The notes below the pieces were generated by a model. That model saw only the letters and a list, made by a program, of their open reading frames with translations, had not been told where the DNA came from and ran no database searches. From Candidatus Omnitrophota bacterium (GTDB taxonomy: Bacteria; Omnitrophota; Gorgyraeia; S143-82), in contig WGBD01000001.1 of assembly GCA_015494465.1 (NCBI GenBank), positions 116,477 to 180,476 on the forward strand: a DNA stretch of 64,000 nt, in the 5' to 3' direction. The translations under genes were made by a program, and so were the position numbers. Shown here in pieces: positions 48,599 to 57,793 of this stretch; position 1 is the stretch's first letter, and the number at the start of each line of letters is the position of its first letter.

Positions 48599-49507
48599 TC
48601 AGACGACCTCCAACATCCTGTCTATAGACCTCTTTGCCTTGGAGATGATCTTCTCAGGCAACCTCACCTCGTACTTCTCTTCCAAAAGGGCCTCGTAAAG
48701 GCGTTCAAGCGTGGTCTCTTTCATTGTACGACAAACCGCCCTATCAGAGACAGGAATAAATTCCTTCTCCGGCAATTCTTTCTTTAAGCGGTACACCATT
48801 TCCCTTTCGGTAGCAACGATAAAGCGTCTCGCATCTGAGCGTTGCGCCCACTTGATCATGCCCGAGGTGGAGGCAATCGCATCCGCTAACTCCAACACCT
48901 CAGGAGGGCACTCGGGGTGAGCTATCACCTCCGCATCTGGGAACACCCGCTTTTTCTCCAGCACATCCTTGGGGTGGATCTCCTCGTGGACATAACAATA
49001 CCCTTTATCCCATATAACCATATTCTCCCGTTGGGTCTGCTTCTGGACATACATTCCTAGATTCCTATCGGGAAGAAAGACCACCGTTTTATTAGGGTCT
49101 ATTGCCTTTACCACCCGAACCGCATTCGCAGAGGTACAGCAAATATCCACTTCAGCCTTTATCTCTGCACTGGTATTGACATAGGCCACGAATTCCGCAC
49201 CTGGATACCGCTCACGCAATTGCCTTACATCCTCTACGGAGATGGTGTCTGCAAGAAAACAGCCAGCCCAAAGCGAAGGGATCAATACCTTGGCCTGGGG
49301 GGAAAGGACCTTAGCGGTCTCTGCCATGAACACCACCCCACAGAAGACTATAAGATCTGCGGATCTCTCCTTGGCTATCCTGCTCAATTCCAGAGAATCT
49401 CCCACCACATCTGCTAGATCCTGGATCTCTGGGAGCTGATAGTTGTGGGCCAAGATCAGGGCATTCTTTTCCTGCTTAAGCCTCAATATCTCTTTCTTTA
49501 GGTTCAT
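48599..49507 (-). CDS. nadA: quinolinate synthase
   Basis: LAHNYQ, GDSL, FCGVVFMAETAK, YVNTSA, CTSANA, HPEC. Confidence 0.96.
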   Translation of the reverse strand: MNLKKEILRLKQEKNALILAHNYQLPEIQDLADVVGDSLELSRIAKERSADLIVFCGVVFMAETAKVLSPQAKVLIPSLWAGCFLADTISVEDVRQLRERYPGAEFVAYVNTSAEIKAEVDICCTSANAVRVVKAIDPNKTVVFLPDRNLGMYVQKQTQRENMVIWDKGYCYVHEEIHPKDVLEKKRVFPDAEVIAHPECPPEVLELADAIASTSGMIKWAQRSDARRFIVATEREMVYRLKKELPEKEFIPVSDRAVCRTMKETTLERLYEALLEEKYEVRLPEKIISKAKRSIDRMLEVV

Positions 49508-49510
49508 GGA

Positions 49511-50545
49511 CTACTCCCAAGGATAGGAGACCGATTCGATCTCACCACCAGCGACTATCTTATCCCCCTTGTAAATCACTACGTGCTGACCGGGGGCAAC
49601 ACCCAATTGCTTTTCTACAAACACCACCTCAAAACGATCCCCTTCTCTCACGACGCGAACCGGTACATCGGGTTGATTATACCTGATTTTGGCACTGGCC
49701 TCAAACTCCGATCTCTCCTCTAGATAAACACCTAATCTAGCGGTCAGTCTGCTGGCCATGGCCTCCTCTCTCTTGGCCACCACCACGGTCCTACTTTCCG
49801 GAACTATCCTTACCACATACCACGGACCTGGTTCCTTCAAAGAAAGACCCGACCGCTGTCCAGGCGTGTACATGAAGTATCCTCGGTGCTCTCCAAGCAC
49901 TCGACCTCGTATGTCCACAATCTTACCCGAAAAGTCCTTATCTCGCTCCAGCCCTGCCATGAGAAAGGCCTTATAATCCTTATCCCCGACGAAGCACAAA
50001 TCCTGACTTTCTCCCGAGGGCTTCAACCAAGGCACCCTCCCTCCGACATACCTTCTCACCCAGCCCTTATCCTTATCCCCTAACGGAAACAGGACATCGG
50101 AAAGTCCCGTAGGGATCAAGCGGTAAAGGAAGTAGCTCTGATCTTTTTTGAGATCCACACCCTTTGCTATAGTAGGCCTGCCCTCGTATTCTCCGATTCG
50201 GGCGTAATGTCCGGTAGCCACTGCGTCGAAGCCCAACTCCTCCTTTAGTCTCCTCAACCAATAGAACTTGAAGTCGACATTGCAGTTCACGCAGGGATTC
50301 GGGGTAAGTCCACTCAGATAGTAGTCCTTAAAACCGGCAACCACCCCACGATCGAAGGGCTCTTGCAAGGTATACACGGTAATGGGGATAAAAAAATACT
50401 GAGCTATCTTTTCAACGCGCTCTCTAACTGGACTGTTAAAACCGGTATCTAGGAAACAGGCATGAACCGTATGGCCCTGCTCCAACAGGAGGGCCACTAC
50501 TGCACAGGAGTCAATCCCCCCGCTCAGGCCCACTACCACCCTCAT
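49511..50545 (-). CDS. mnmA: tRNA 2-thiouridylase
   Basis: [40 protein letters not shown]. Confidence 0.94.
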   Translation of the reverse strand: MRVVVGLSGGIDSCAVVALLLEQGHTVHACFLDTGFNSPVRERVEKIAQYFFIPITVYTLQEPFDRGVVAGFKDYYLSGLTPNPCVNCNVDFKFYWLRRLKEELGFDAVATGHYARIGEYEGRPTIAKGVDLKKDQSYFLYRLIPTGLSDVLFPLGDKDKGWVRRYVGGRVPWLKPSGESQDLCFVGDKDYKAFLMAGLERDKDFSGKIVDIRGRVLGEHRGYFMYTPGQRSGLSLKEPGPWYVVRIVPESRTVVVAKREEAMASRLTARLGVYLEERSEFEASAKIRYNQPDVPVRVVREGDRFEVVFVEKQLGVAPGQHVVIYKGDKIVAGGEIESVSYPWE

Positions 50546-51200
50546 ACTTGGTCAACCTGTGTTCAAGTTCTTCAATCCTCTTTTCGAGACGGTTTTGCTC
50601 CTTCATGAGCACCCGTATCACATCCGCTATAGGATCGGGTAACCTCCCGTGCTCCAGATCGATCTCTATCTGCTTTCGGCTACTGCGAATCTCCTGTACG
50701 ATCCTCCCCGGCACACCTACTACCGTCGCCCCCGGAGGGACATCTTTTATTACCACAGAACCCGATCCTATCTTCGCCCCTTCCCCAATCGTGATGTTGC
50801 CCAGGACTATCGCCCCAGCACCAATGACCACCCTATCCTTTACGGTGGGATGGCGCTTCGTCTTCTCCTTGCTCGTTCCGCCCAACACGACACCTTGGTA
50901 TATCAGGACATCGTCACCCACCTCCGCAGTCTCACCTATTACCACCCCCATCCCGTGGTCTATAAAGACCCGTCTCCCCAACTTGGCTCCAGGATGGATC
51001 TCTATACCGGTGAGGAATCGATTAATGTGGGACAGAAATCTGGCCAGGAACTTGAACCCGTGATTCCACAGCCAGTGTGCTATCCTGTGCATCCATATGG
51101 CGTGTAGCCCAGGGTAGCAAAACAGGACCTCTAATACACTACGGGCAGCGGGATCGTCGCGAAAGACGGTCTCGATGTCCTCGCGCAATCTACGGAACAT
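50511..51200 (-). CDS. cysE: serine O-acetyltransferase
   Basis: [39 protein letters not shown]. Confidence 0.95.
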   Translation of the reverse strand: MFRRLREDIETVFRDDPAARSVLEVLFCYPGLHAIWMHRIAHWLWNHGFKFLARFLSHINRFLTGIEIHPGAKLGRRVFIDHGMGVVIGETAEVGDDVLIYQGVVLGGTSKEKTKRHPTVKDRVVIGAGAIVLGNITIGEGAKIGSGSVVIKDVPPGATVVGVPGRIVQEIRSSRKQIEIDLEHGRLPDPIADVIRVLMKEQNRLEKRIEELEHRLTKYEGGSGPERGD

Positions 51201-51203
51201 GGA

Positions 51204-51455
51204 TCAGATGGCCACCACCTGTTTTATCCCAGGCACCATGTTCTTGAGGGACTGCTCTACGCCCATCTTGAGGGTCATGACCGAGAAGGGACAGGCACCA
51301 CAGGCTCCCAACAGTCTTACCTTCACCGTACCCTCGTCGTCCAGTTCCAGGAACTCTATATCTCCACCATCCATCTGGAGCGCTGGACGGATCTCTTTCT
51401 CTATGATCTCTTTCACCTTCTGTTCCAACTCTTCCCGATTAAGCTCTCTCTCCAT
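51204..51455 (-). CDS. NifU/Nfu-type Fe-S cluster carrier
   Basis: IRPALQMDGGD...GACGACP; AAGGAGG SD before ATG 51455. Confidence 0.92.
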   Translation of the reverse strand: MERELNREELEQKVKEIIEKEIRPALQMDGGDIEFLELDDEGTVKVRLLGACGACPFSVMTLKMGVEQSLKNMVPGIKQVVAI

Positions 51456-51512
51456 CTTTTCCCTCCTTGACGCTGGCTTATCAGACATCACCTTAACATA
51501 TTAGCACCTATC

Positions 51513-52226
51513 TCATAAGTTTCCAATCACCTCTTTCTGCTTGGCCAAGAGATCCTCGATCCCCTTTTGGGCTAGATCCAACAGCTCATCAAGGACCGAC
51601 CTGGTAAACCCCCCTCTCTCACCCGTCCCCTGCACCTCTATAAACTCCCTACCTTCAAATGCGACGACATTCATGTCTACTGTTGCCTGAGAATCCTCAG
51701 AGTACTCCAGATCCAATAGGAGCTGGCCCTCTACGACCCCAACGCTGATAGCGCTAACCACTCCTCGGAAGGTAAACTCTACAGGGTGACCTAACTGCCT
51801 TTCCAGGGCCTTAAGACACATGTATAAGGCGATCACTCCCCCGTTTATCCCCGCGGTGCGGGTACCACCATCGGCCTGTAAGACGTCCACATCGACATAT
51901 ATGGTCCTTTCTCCTATGTGTTCCAGGTCCACGCAGGCCCGTAGGCTCCGCCCTATCAACCTCTGGATCTCGAATGTCCTACCCGAGCCTGCAGACTTCT
52001 CCCTAGGGAGCCTGCCCAGCGTAGAGCCGGGCAACATCCTGTACTCGCAGGTCAACCACCCATTGCCCGTTCCTTTCAGAAAGTTGGGCACATCGTCGAT
52101 CCAGGTAGCGGTACACAATACCCGTGTCTTGCCCATACGGAACAAACAGGACCCCGGGGGATTGTCTAACCAGCCCGGGATAATCTCAACAGGTCGGACC
52201 TCATTCCAAGACCTGTCTACTCGCAT
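51513..52226 (-). CDS. rph: ribonuclease PH
   Basis: EYRMLPGST, GRTFEIQRLIGRSLR, LQADGGTRTA, EVQGTGE. Confidence 0.96.
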   Translation of the reverse strand: MRVDRSWNEVRPVEIIPGWLDNPPGSCLFRMGKTRVLCTATWIDDVPNFLKGTGNGWLTCEYRMLPGSTLGRLPREKSAGSGRTFEIQRLIGRSLRACVDLEHIGERTIYVDVDVLQADGGTRTAGINGGVIALYMCLKALERQLGHPVEFTFRGVVSAISVGVVEGQLLLDLEYSEDSQATVDMNVVAFEGREFIEVQGTGERGGFTRSVLDELLDLAQKGIEDLLAKQKEVIGNL

Positions 52227-53110
52227 CTCTTCCCCTCCAGCTTTCGGCCGTAACCTGCCAGAAACTCCACGATCCCCATCCTCCGTTTACCTGCCGGCTG
52301 TACCTCCACCGGTAAGATCGCCCTATCGGCTGTACCTATCATCAATCCCTTTTTATCCACTACCACCTCACCCGGGGCCAGTCTTTGTTCGGCGATCTCT
52401 GCCCACCATATCTTCAGCTCTATCTCACCAATGATCGTCCATGCCCCCCAATAAGGTGAACCCGCCCTCACGAGGTTGTACACCCCTTCTGCAGGGGAAT
52501 TCCAATCTATCCTCAAAAGATCCCGATCAACCTTCCTGGCGTAAGAAGGCTCTCCCTCCTGCGGTCGATCCGTCGGCAAATCAGATCGAGAAAACACCTC
52601 GAGCAAGGCAGAGACAGCCTTCTCCGCCAAGGCCCTCTCCAAGTCTGCGTAAGACCATTGGATGGGAACCGAGACCTGCTCCTGGCGAACGATCCTGCCG
52701 GTGTCTATCCCCTCGTCCATCCAGAAGAGGCTAACACCGCTTTCCTTATCCCCGCTGCGGATGGTCCAAAAGATAGGCGCAGGGCCTCTCCACCTGGGGA
52801 GAAGGGAGGGATGCAAGTTAAGACAACGCCGTGTCCTTACTAGGTTTGGGGGGAAGATGAAACCTATGTCGCAGGCCACTATAAGGCCCTCCTCTTCAAG
52901 TAATACTCCTTCCGCGTCGATCCCGTCCAATTCCAGGACATCCAAGCGGTGCTCTAAACAGACCCGTTTTACCGGCAGGGGGCCTAGCCCCCCTCTAGGC
53001 AGCCTTCTATCGCCTAGGGTGTAGACGCGAGAGGGAGCCCTCCCACGCTCTAATATCCCCTGCAACACCCGGGCGCCAAACCTACCGCTGGAACAATACA
53101 CCCATCTCAC
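52217..53110 (-). CDS. fmt: methionyl-tRNA formyltransferase
   Basis: NLHPSLLPRWRGPAP, GIDTG, SYARK, VQPAGKRRM. Confidence 0.85.
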   Translation of the reverse strand: MRWVYCSSGRFGARVLQGILERGRAPSRVYTLGDRRLPRGGLGPLPVKRVCLEHRLDVLELDGIDAEGVLLEEEGLIVACDIGFIFPPNLVRTRRCLNLHPSLLPRWRGPAPIFWTIRSGDKESGVSLFWMDEGIDTGRIVRQEQVSVPIQWSYADLERALAEKAVSALLEVFSRSDLPTDRPQEGEPSYARKVDRDLLRIDWNSPAEGVYNLVRAGSPYWGAWTIIGEIELKIWWAEIAEQRLAPGEVVVDKKGLMIGTADRAILPVEVQPAGKRRMGIVEFLAGYGRKLEGKRCE

Positions 53111-54282
53111 AGCTGTGTCTCCCTCAATACCTCCTCCAGCGTAGTGAGTCCCATCTTCACCTTTCGCAGGCCATCTTCCCTCAACGAGACCATCCCCAGT
53201 TCCTTGGCCCTGCGGAACAACCCTTCTGTGGAGATCCTATCCAGAATAAGCGGATGCAGCTCCGTGCTTACCCCCAGAAATTCGAATATACCGATCCTGC
53301 CTCGATACCCGCTACCTCCACAGGCCTCACAGCCTACCCCTTTGAAGAACCGGCCCTCTCTGAGCTCGTCCTCATCAAGACCAAAGGCATCTATCTCCGC
53401 CTGGGTTGGTTCGTATACCTCTATGCATTGAGGACAAATCCTCCTTACCAATCTCTGGGCGATCACCGCCCTAAGGGTAGCAGTGATAAGGTACGGCTCT
53501 ATCCCCATGTCGATCAAGCGAGTAATCGCGCCGGGTGCGTTGTTGGTGTGCAGAGTAGAAAAGACCAGGTGTCCGGTCAGGGCGGAATGGATGGATATCT
53601 CCGCGGTCTCTCTGTCCCTTATCTCCCCTACCATTATTACATCTGGATCCTGACGCAATATCGTGCGCAATATCACTGCAAAGTCCAGTCCTATCTTGGG
53701 ATTTATCGGCACCTGAACCACACCTGGAAGATCGTATTCAATGGGGTCCTCTACGGTGATCAACTTCCTGTGTATCTGATTCAACTCCCTAAGGAAGGCG
53801 TACAAGGTCGTGGTCTTACCGCTCCCCGTAGGTCCGGTCACCAAGATCATGCCGTTGGTGAACTCGAGCAGGGACTGGTACAGGTGTATGTCCTCTTCCC
53901 AGATCCCAAGCTCCCCTAACTGTATGTCTATGTTGCCCTTATCCAATATCCGCAGTACCACGCTCTCACCAGTAACCGTGGGAAGGGTGGAGACCCTAAA
54001 GTCCACATCCTTACCGTTAATACGCATCCTTATTCGCCCATCCTGAGGGACACGATTCTCTGCCACATCCAAGCCTGCCAAGACCTTTATACGGGAAACG
54101 ATAGGGGAAAACAGCTCTTCCGGGGGGCTTGCTAGATCCCTCACGACGCCATCCACCCTTGCCCTTACCTTGAATCCTTCCGGAAAGACCTCGAAGTGGA
54201 CATCACTGGCCTTGAGCTCTACCGCCTCTGACAGGATAGCGTCCAACAACTGGACGACGGGTGCAGAAGCCCCTGCGCTCAT
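53107..54282 (-). CDS. GspE/PilB-family secretion/pilus ATPase lacking the N1 domain
   Basis: ASDVH, PQDGR, GPTGSGKTTT, TVEDPIE, LRQDPDVIMVGEIRD, TGHLVFSTLHTN, CPQC...CEAC. Confidence 0.92.
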   Translation of the reverse strand: MSAGASAPVVQLLDAILSEAVELKASDVHFEVFPEGFKVRARVDGVVRDLASPPEELFSPIVSRIKVLAGLDVAENRVPQDGRIRMRINGKDVDFRVSTLPTVTGESVVLRILDKGNIDIQLGELGIWEEDIHLYQSLLEFTNGMILVTGPTGSGKTTTLYAFLRELNQIHRKLITVEDPIEYDLPGVVQVPINPKIGLDFAVILRTILRQDPDVIMVGEIRDRETAEISIHSALTGHLVFSTLHTNNAPGAITRLIDMGIEPYLITATLRAVIAQRLVRRICPQCIEVYEPTQAEIDAFGLDEDELREGRFFKGVGCEACGGSGYRGRIGIFEFLGVSTELHPLILDRISTEGLFRRAKELGMVSLREDGLRKVKMGLTTLEEVLRETQL

Positions 54283-55322
54283 TGCACCTCTACGGGGTTC
54301 TCCTGGGTATAGTTGATAGCGGTTATCGGATACGGGATAACGATACCCTCGTCCTTGTACCTCTTGTGCAGGCGTTTTATGAATTCGTGAGTGATCAGAT
54401 ATCTATCCACGAAGGTCTTGCCCCGCAGGATCACCGTAAAGTTGATGCTAAAGTCCCCAAAGGTGTGATAGCGGATGAACGGATCGAACTCGGGCACCCC
54501 GCCAGGTACGGTCTGCATAACCTCCTTGGCCACCTCACAGGTAATCTTTTCGACCTTCTCCAGGTCACTGTTGTAATGCACGCCAACCTGCACCAACACC
54601 GCCAGATCACTGGAAGGCAACTCGTAATTTATGACCTTTGCCTGAGCAAGTTTGGAGTTGGGCACCAAGACCATGTTGTTGGGCAATTGTCGGATCTTGG
54701 TTACTCGCCAGCCTATGTCCTCTACGTATCCCTCTTCCCCGGAATCCAGCTTGATGTAGTCACCTACCTTTATGTGGTTATCCAAAGTAATGTACATCCC
54801 CGCAAAGAGATTCGACAGGGTATCCTGCAGGGCCAAGGCAACGGCCAAACCACCTATACCCAATGTGGTCAGCAACGGAGTAATGGAGATCCCGAGGTGA
54901 TTGAGGGCTATCAACACGCCCAGAAGGATGATAGTAAGCTTTACCACATTGGCAAACAACGAGCTTTTAGCGAAGAACTTATTTTCTTGACGATAATAGG
55001 CAAAGAGCCTATCCACTATGTTCACCAGTCCCCAGAAGAGCGAACCGATGAACAACACATACAATATCCTCTGCCCCAATTCTACTTGATTTGGTTTTAG
55101 CCCTATAAATGCCAAGGCAAAGGCAAGACCCCCAAGGATAAACCACAGGACAATCCAGCGTTTTATCTCCTCAAAGACCACATCGTCCCACACCGTTTTG
55201 GTCTTACCCACGAGCTTAAGCACGCGATTCACCACGATCCGCTTCACGATCATCCCTAATATCCACGAGAAGACCACGATGCCTGAAGACACGAGCATGT
55301 TTATCATCACCGCTTTATTCAT
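54279..55322 (-). CDS. MscS-family mechanosensitive channel
   Basis: GIGGLAVALALQDTLSNLFAG, GDYI, EDIGWRVT, VPNS, IPYP. Confidence 0.92.
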   Translation of the reverse strand: MNKAVMINMLVSSGIVVFSWILGMIVKRIVVNRVLKLVGKTKTVWDDVVFEEIKRWIVLWFILGGLAFALAFIGLKPNQVELGQRILYVLFIGSLFWGLVNIVDRLFAYYRQENKFFAKSSLFANVVKLTIILLGVLIALNHLGISITPLLTTLGIGGLAVALALQDTLSNLFAGMYITLDNHIKVGDYIKLDSGEEGYVEDIGWRVTKIRQLPNNMVLVPNSKLAQAKVINYELPSSDLAVLVQVGVHYNSDLEKVEKITCEVAKEVMQTVPGGVPEFDPFIRYHTFGDFSINFTVILRGKTFVDRYLITHEFIKRLHKRYKDEGIVIPYPITAINYTQENPVEVQ

Positions 55323-55947
55323 TCTCGGCTACCTCCCATTCAGCCACCCATCCCTCTGGTAACACCACTCCCCCTGAGACGACGGCCTGCAAGGCAGACT
55401 CTACACTTACATCCAAAGCGATAACTTCGTCCTTTCTCACGAACTCCAGGAATCCCGTCAAAGGACTAGGGGAAGTAGGGACGAACACCGCAACGAAAAC
55501 CTCACCCTCTTTCGACGGCAGATGGACCCCGTCAGAGCTCAAGAAAGCGATAGAATACATGCCCTTTCGGGGGTATTCTATCAAGACGACCCTGCCCCAC
55601 TTCTTCTCCTGCTGTTGGAAAAAGTACTGAGCAATCCTTTTTAGAGAGGAATATATCCTGCCCACCAAAGGCAGGCGTTCTACCCAATGCTCGAAAAAGG
55701 CCATTATGCGCCGGGCGAGGAAGTTCTGGACCAGCAGACCCACGAAAAAGATCAACACCAAAGACAAAACTATACTCAACCCCGGGACCTCAAAGCCCAG
55801 TGCCAGACGGACCAACGAGTTGAGGTACCTACCTATAGCCACATCGATGAGCTTAAATATCAGACCGATAACATATATAGTCAACACTACCGGCGTAACG
55901 ACCGCCAATCCTGAGATAAAGTACCTTCGCCAGCGACTCATCCACAT
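55315..55947 (-). CDS. DUF502 membrane protein
   Basis: FISGLAV..P, LPLVGRIY, VLIEYPRKG, VFVPTSPSPLTGF, VVSGG. Confidence 0.88.
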   Translation of the reverse strand: MWMSRWRRYFISGLAVVTPVVLTIYVIGLIFKLIDVAIGRYLNSLVRLALGFEVPGLSIVLSLVLIFFVGLLVQNFLARRIMAFFEHWVERLPLVGRIYSSLKRIAQYFFQQQEKKWGRVVLIEYPRKGMYSIAFLSSDGVHLPSKEGEVFVAVFVPTSPSPLTGFLEFVRKDEVIALDVSVESALQAVVSGGVVLPEGWVAEWEVAENE

Positions 55948-55955
55948 AACCCGAT

Positions 55956-57458
55956 TTACCTCTCCTTTAGCAATTGCTTTACCCAATCGAGTTCCCAATC
56001 GTATATCCCGTTCTTCTTCAAGACCTTGCTCACGTAACCGTCGGTTATAGCGTCCAGATCCGACCTCAACCGCTGTATCCTATAAAGCAGATCGAGTAGT
56101 TTTGCTACATCCTTTGGCGGAGACAACACCAAACGGGTCTGGAGCTTTCGCCTCTCGAAGTAAGTCTGATTGACCTGATCAAGGATGTCATCTCTCAATT
56201 CTACCGTAAGTTTGGACCTGGTATCAATCGAGATCTCCTCTTTGGACCAGACCAACTCTTTGAGATCCCACTCCAGCGATATCCCAAAGTCCCCTGAAGA
56301 GTAAACCGTCTTATCGTCTGGACCGACATTTGAGTTGCCGTAAGAAGATACCGCAACCGAATCGGAAACTGACCTACTACCACTCAGATCCACATCCAAA
56401 GACACCTTGGGTAAAAGCGCTCTTTTCCTAACCGCCTCTCGCCAGGCAATTATCTTCTCAGGGCTGACCTCTGCTACCTGCATAGCAACTTCTTGGATCT
56501 CGTCTATTGCCGGTTCCTGCGCAAACATCCTCCACAAGAAGAGCATCCTATCCCCGTTAGGCGAGGCAGGAGACACCGTCTGAATGCGCCTTACATACAA
56601 TCGACGCGAGCTACACACCAAGGCATAGGACCCCCTAAAGTCTCCGGAATAGATGTCTAGATCCTCCAGGCCCTGGTCATCTGACTCTCCCGAATAGACC
56701 AAGAAAACACCTTCGTTTCCGTAGGCTATCGCCTCCTCGGGGAAAAGCAGCCCCCTAAGTTCACCAGGATAATCAAAGACCTTTTTACTGCCTTCCTTCT
56801 CATCGACCATCCACACCGCTTTACCCCTAGCGAACAAGACCTTCCGTTGGTCCCAGATGACCTGATTCCCCTTGTAGGGGACTGTCTCCGAATCCGGTAT
56901 CCAACTTTCCTCGTACACCGGCTCCCAACTTCCAAGATCTACGACGATTATGCGATCCTTTGTCAATACAGCTAGGCGATCTCCAGAAGAAGAGACTTCC
57001 AGATCAAGCACACCCCTAGCAGTGAAGACCCGATCCCAGTGGGATCCATCTGTCGAGCGGTATACCCCCTCTTTTGTCCCTATCAATAGGGAACCTCTGC
57101 CCCCGCCGACGCAGGTGACGAGCTTTCCCGGTGGAGAGAACACCCTCTTTGCCCTCTTCTTCTCCTGCCCCAGCTCCACCACGAATAATCCCAAAGAAGA
57201 GGCCCAATACAGCCTGCCCCTCCACACCAACGCATCGTACACCCCTAGATCTTCTCCTCCCCTCAACCTGCACAGCCTAAAGGCACCGGAATCCCGTAGG
57301 CACCAAACATAGTTCTTATCAAACAGATAAGCCTCCCCCCCAGGGCCCAAACGCACTAACCTAATGGGAGTACCATTCCAAGGAAGAGGTAGCCAATCAC
57401 CGAGGAGAACCGAGGCAAAGGAGAGGAAAAGGATCAGAGACAATCCTAATCTTCCCAC
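55956..57458 (-). CDS. exported beta-propeller protein with a C-terminal outer-membrane-efflux (TolC)-like segment
   Basis: Signal peptide from GTG 57458; blade-like repeats including GVYRSTDGSHW (Asp-box-like); C-terminal LLPKVSLDV...FGISLEWDL flanked by long helices. Confidence 0.55.
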   Translation of the reverse strand: MGRLGLSLILFLSFASVLLGDWLPLPWNGTPIRLVRLGPGGEAYLFDKNYVWCLRDSGAFRLCRLRGGEDLGVYDALVWRGRLYWASSLGLFVVELGQEKKRAKRVFSPPGKLVTCVGGGRGSLLIGTKEGVYRSTDGSHWDRVFTARGVLDLEVSSSGDRLAVLTKDRIIVVDLGSWEPVYEESWIPDSETVPYKGNQVIWDQRKVLFARGKAVWMVDEKEGSKKVFDYPGELRGLLFPEEAIAYGNEGVFLVYSGESDDQGLEDLDIYSGDFRGSYALVCSSRRLYVRRIQTVSPASPNGDRMLFLWRMFAQEPAIDEIQEVAMQVAEVSPEKIIAWREAVRKRALLPKVSLDVDLSGSRSVSDSVAVSSYGNSNVGPDDKTVYSSGDFGISLEWDLKELVWSKEEISIDTRSKLTVELRDDILDQVNQTYFERRKLQTRLVLSPPKDVAKLLDLLYRIQRLRSDLDAITDGYVSKVLKKNGIYDWELDWVKQLLKER

Positions 57459-57793
57459 GCTAACCTGTCCCCCACTTCTAAGCCCCAACGCGAGGCACTT
57501 CCACCCGCTACCTCCAACACATAAGAGGCCGACCACACCGGCCAGAGCATAATTCGACCAGGAGGATAGTTAGGGAGGATGCGGACGATTCGACCTTGGG
57601 AATCCAAAAAGATCACATCTATTGGGAAACGCATGCCAAGCGTGTGAATCATGTTGCAATCCGGGAAGAGCAATCCTTCCTCGTAAGAAAGGTGATGCCT
57701 GGACAACAACCCAATAAGTCTCTTCCAAAAAGAGCGGGCAACCTTCAGCTTGGTCAGTAATACCGAATTATCCCCCCTTCTTATTAATCTCAT
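57446..57793 (-). CDS. DUF192 family protein
   Basis: ARSFWKRLIGLL, GLLF..CNMIHTLGMRFPIDVIFLD, YVLEV, GLEVGD. Confidence 0.9.
   Translation of the reverse strand: MRLIRRGDNSVLLTKLKVARSFWKRLIGLLSRHHLSYEEGLLFPDCNMIHTLGMRFPIDVIFLDSQGRIVRILPNYPPGRIMLWPVWSASYVLEVAGGSASRWGLEVGDRLAWED

Noticed and set aside
51486-51506. Leaderless start for the Nfu gene
   Set aside because: A strong AAGGAGG SD before ATG 51455 favours a leadered downstream start
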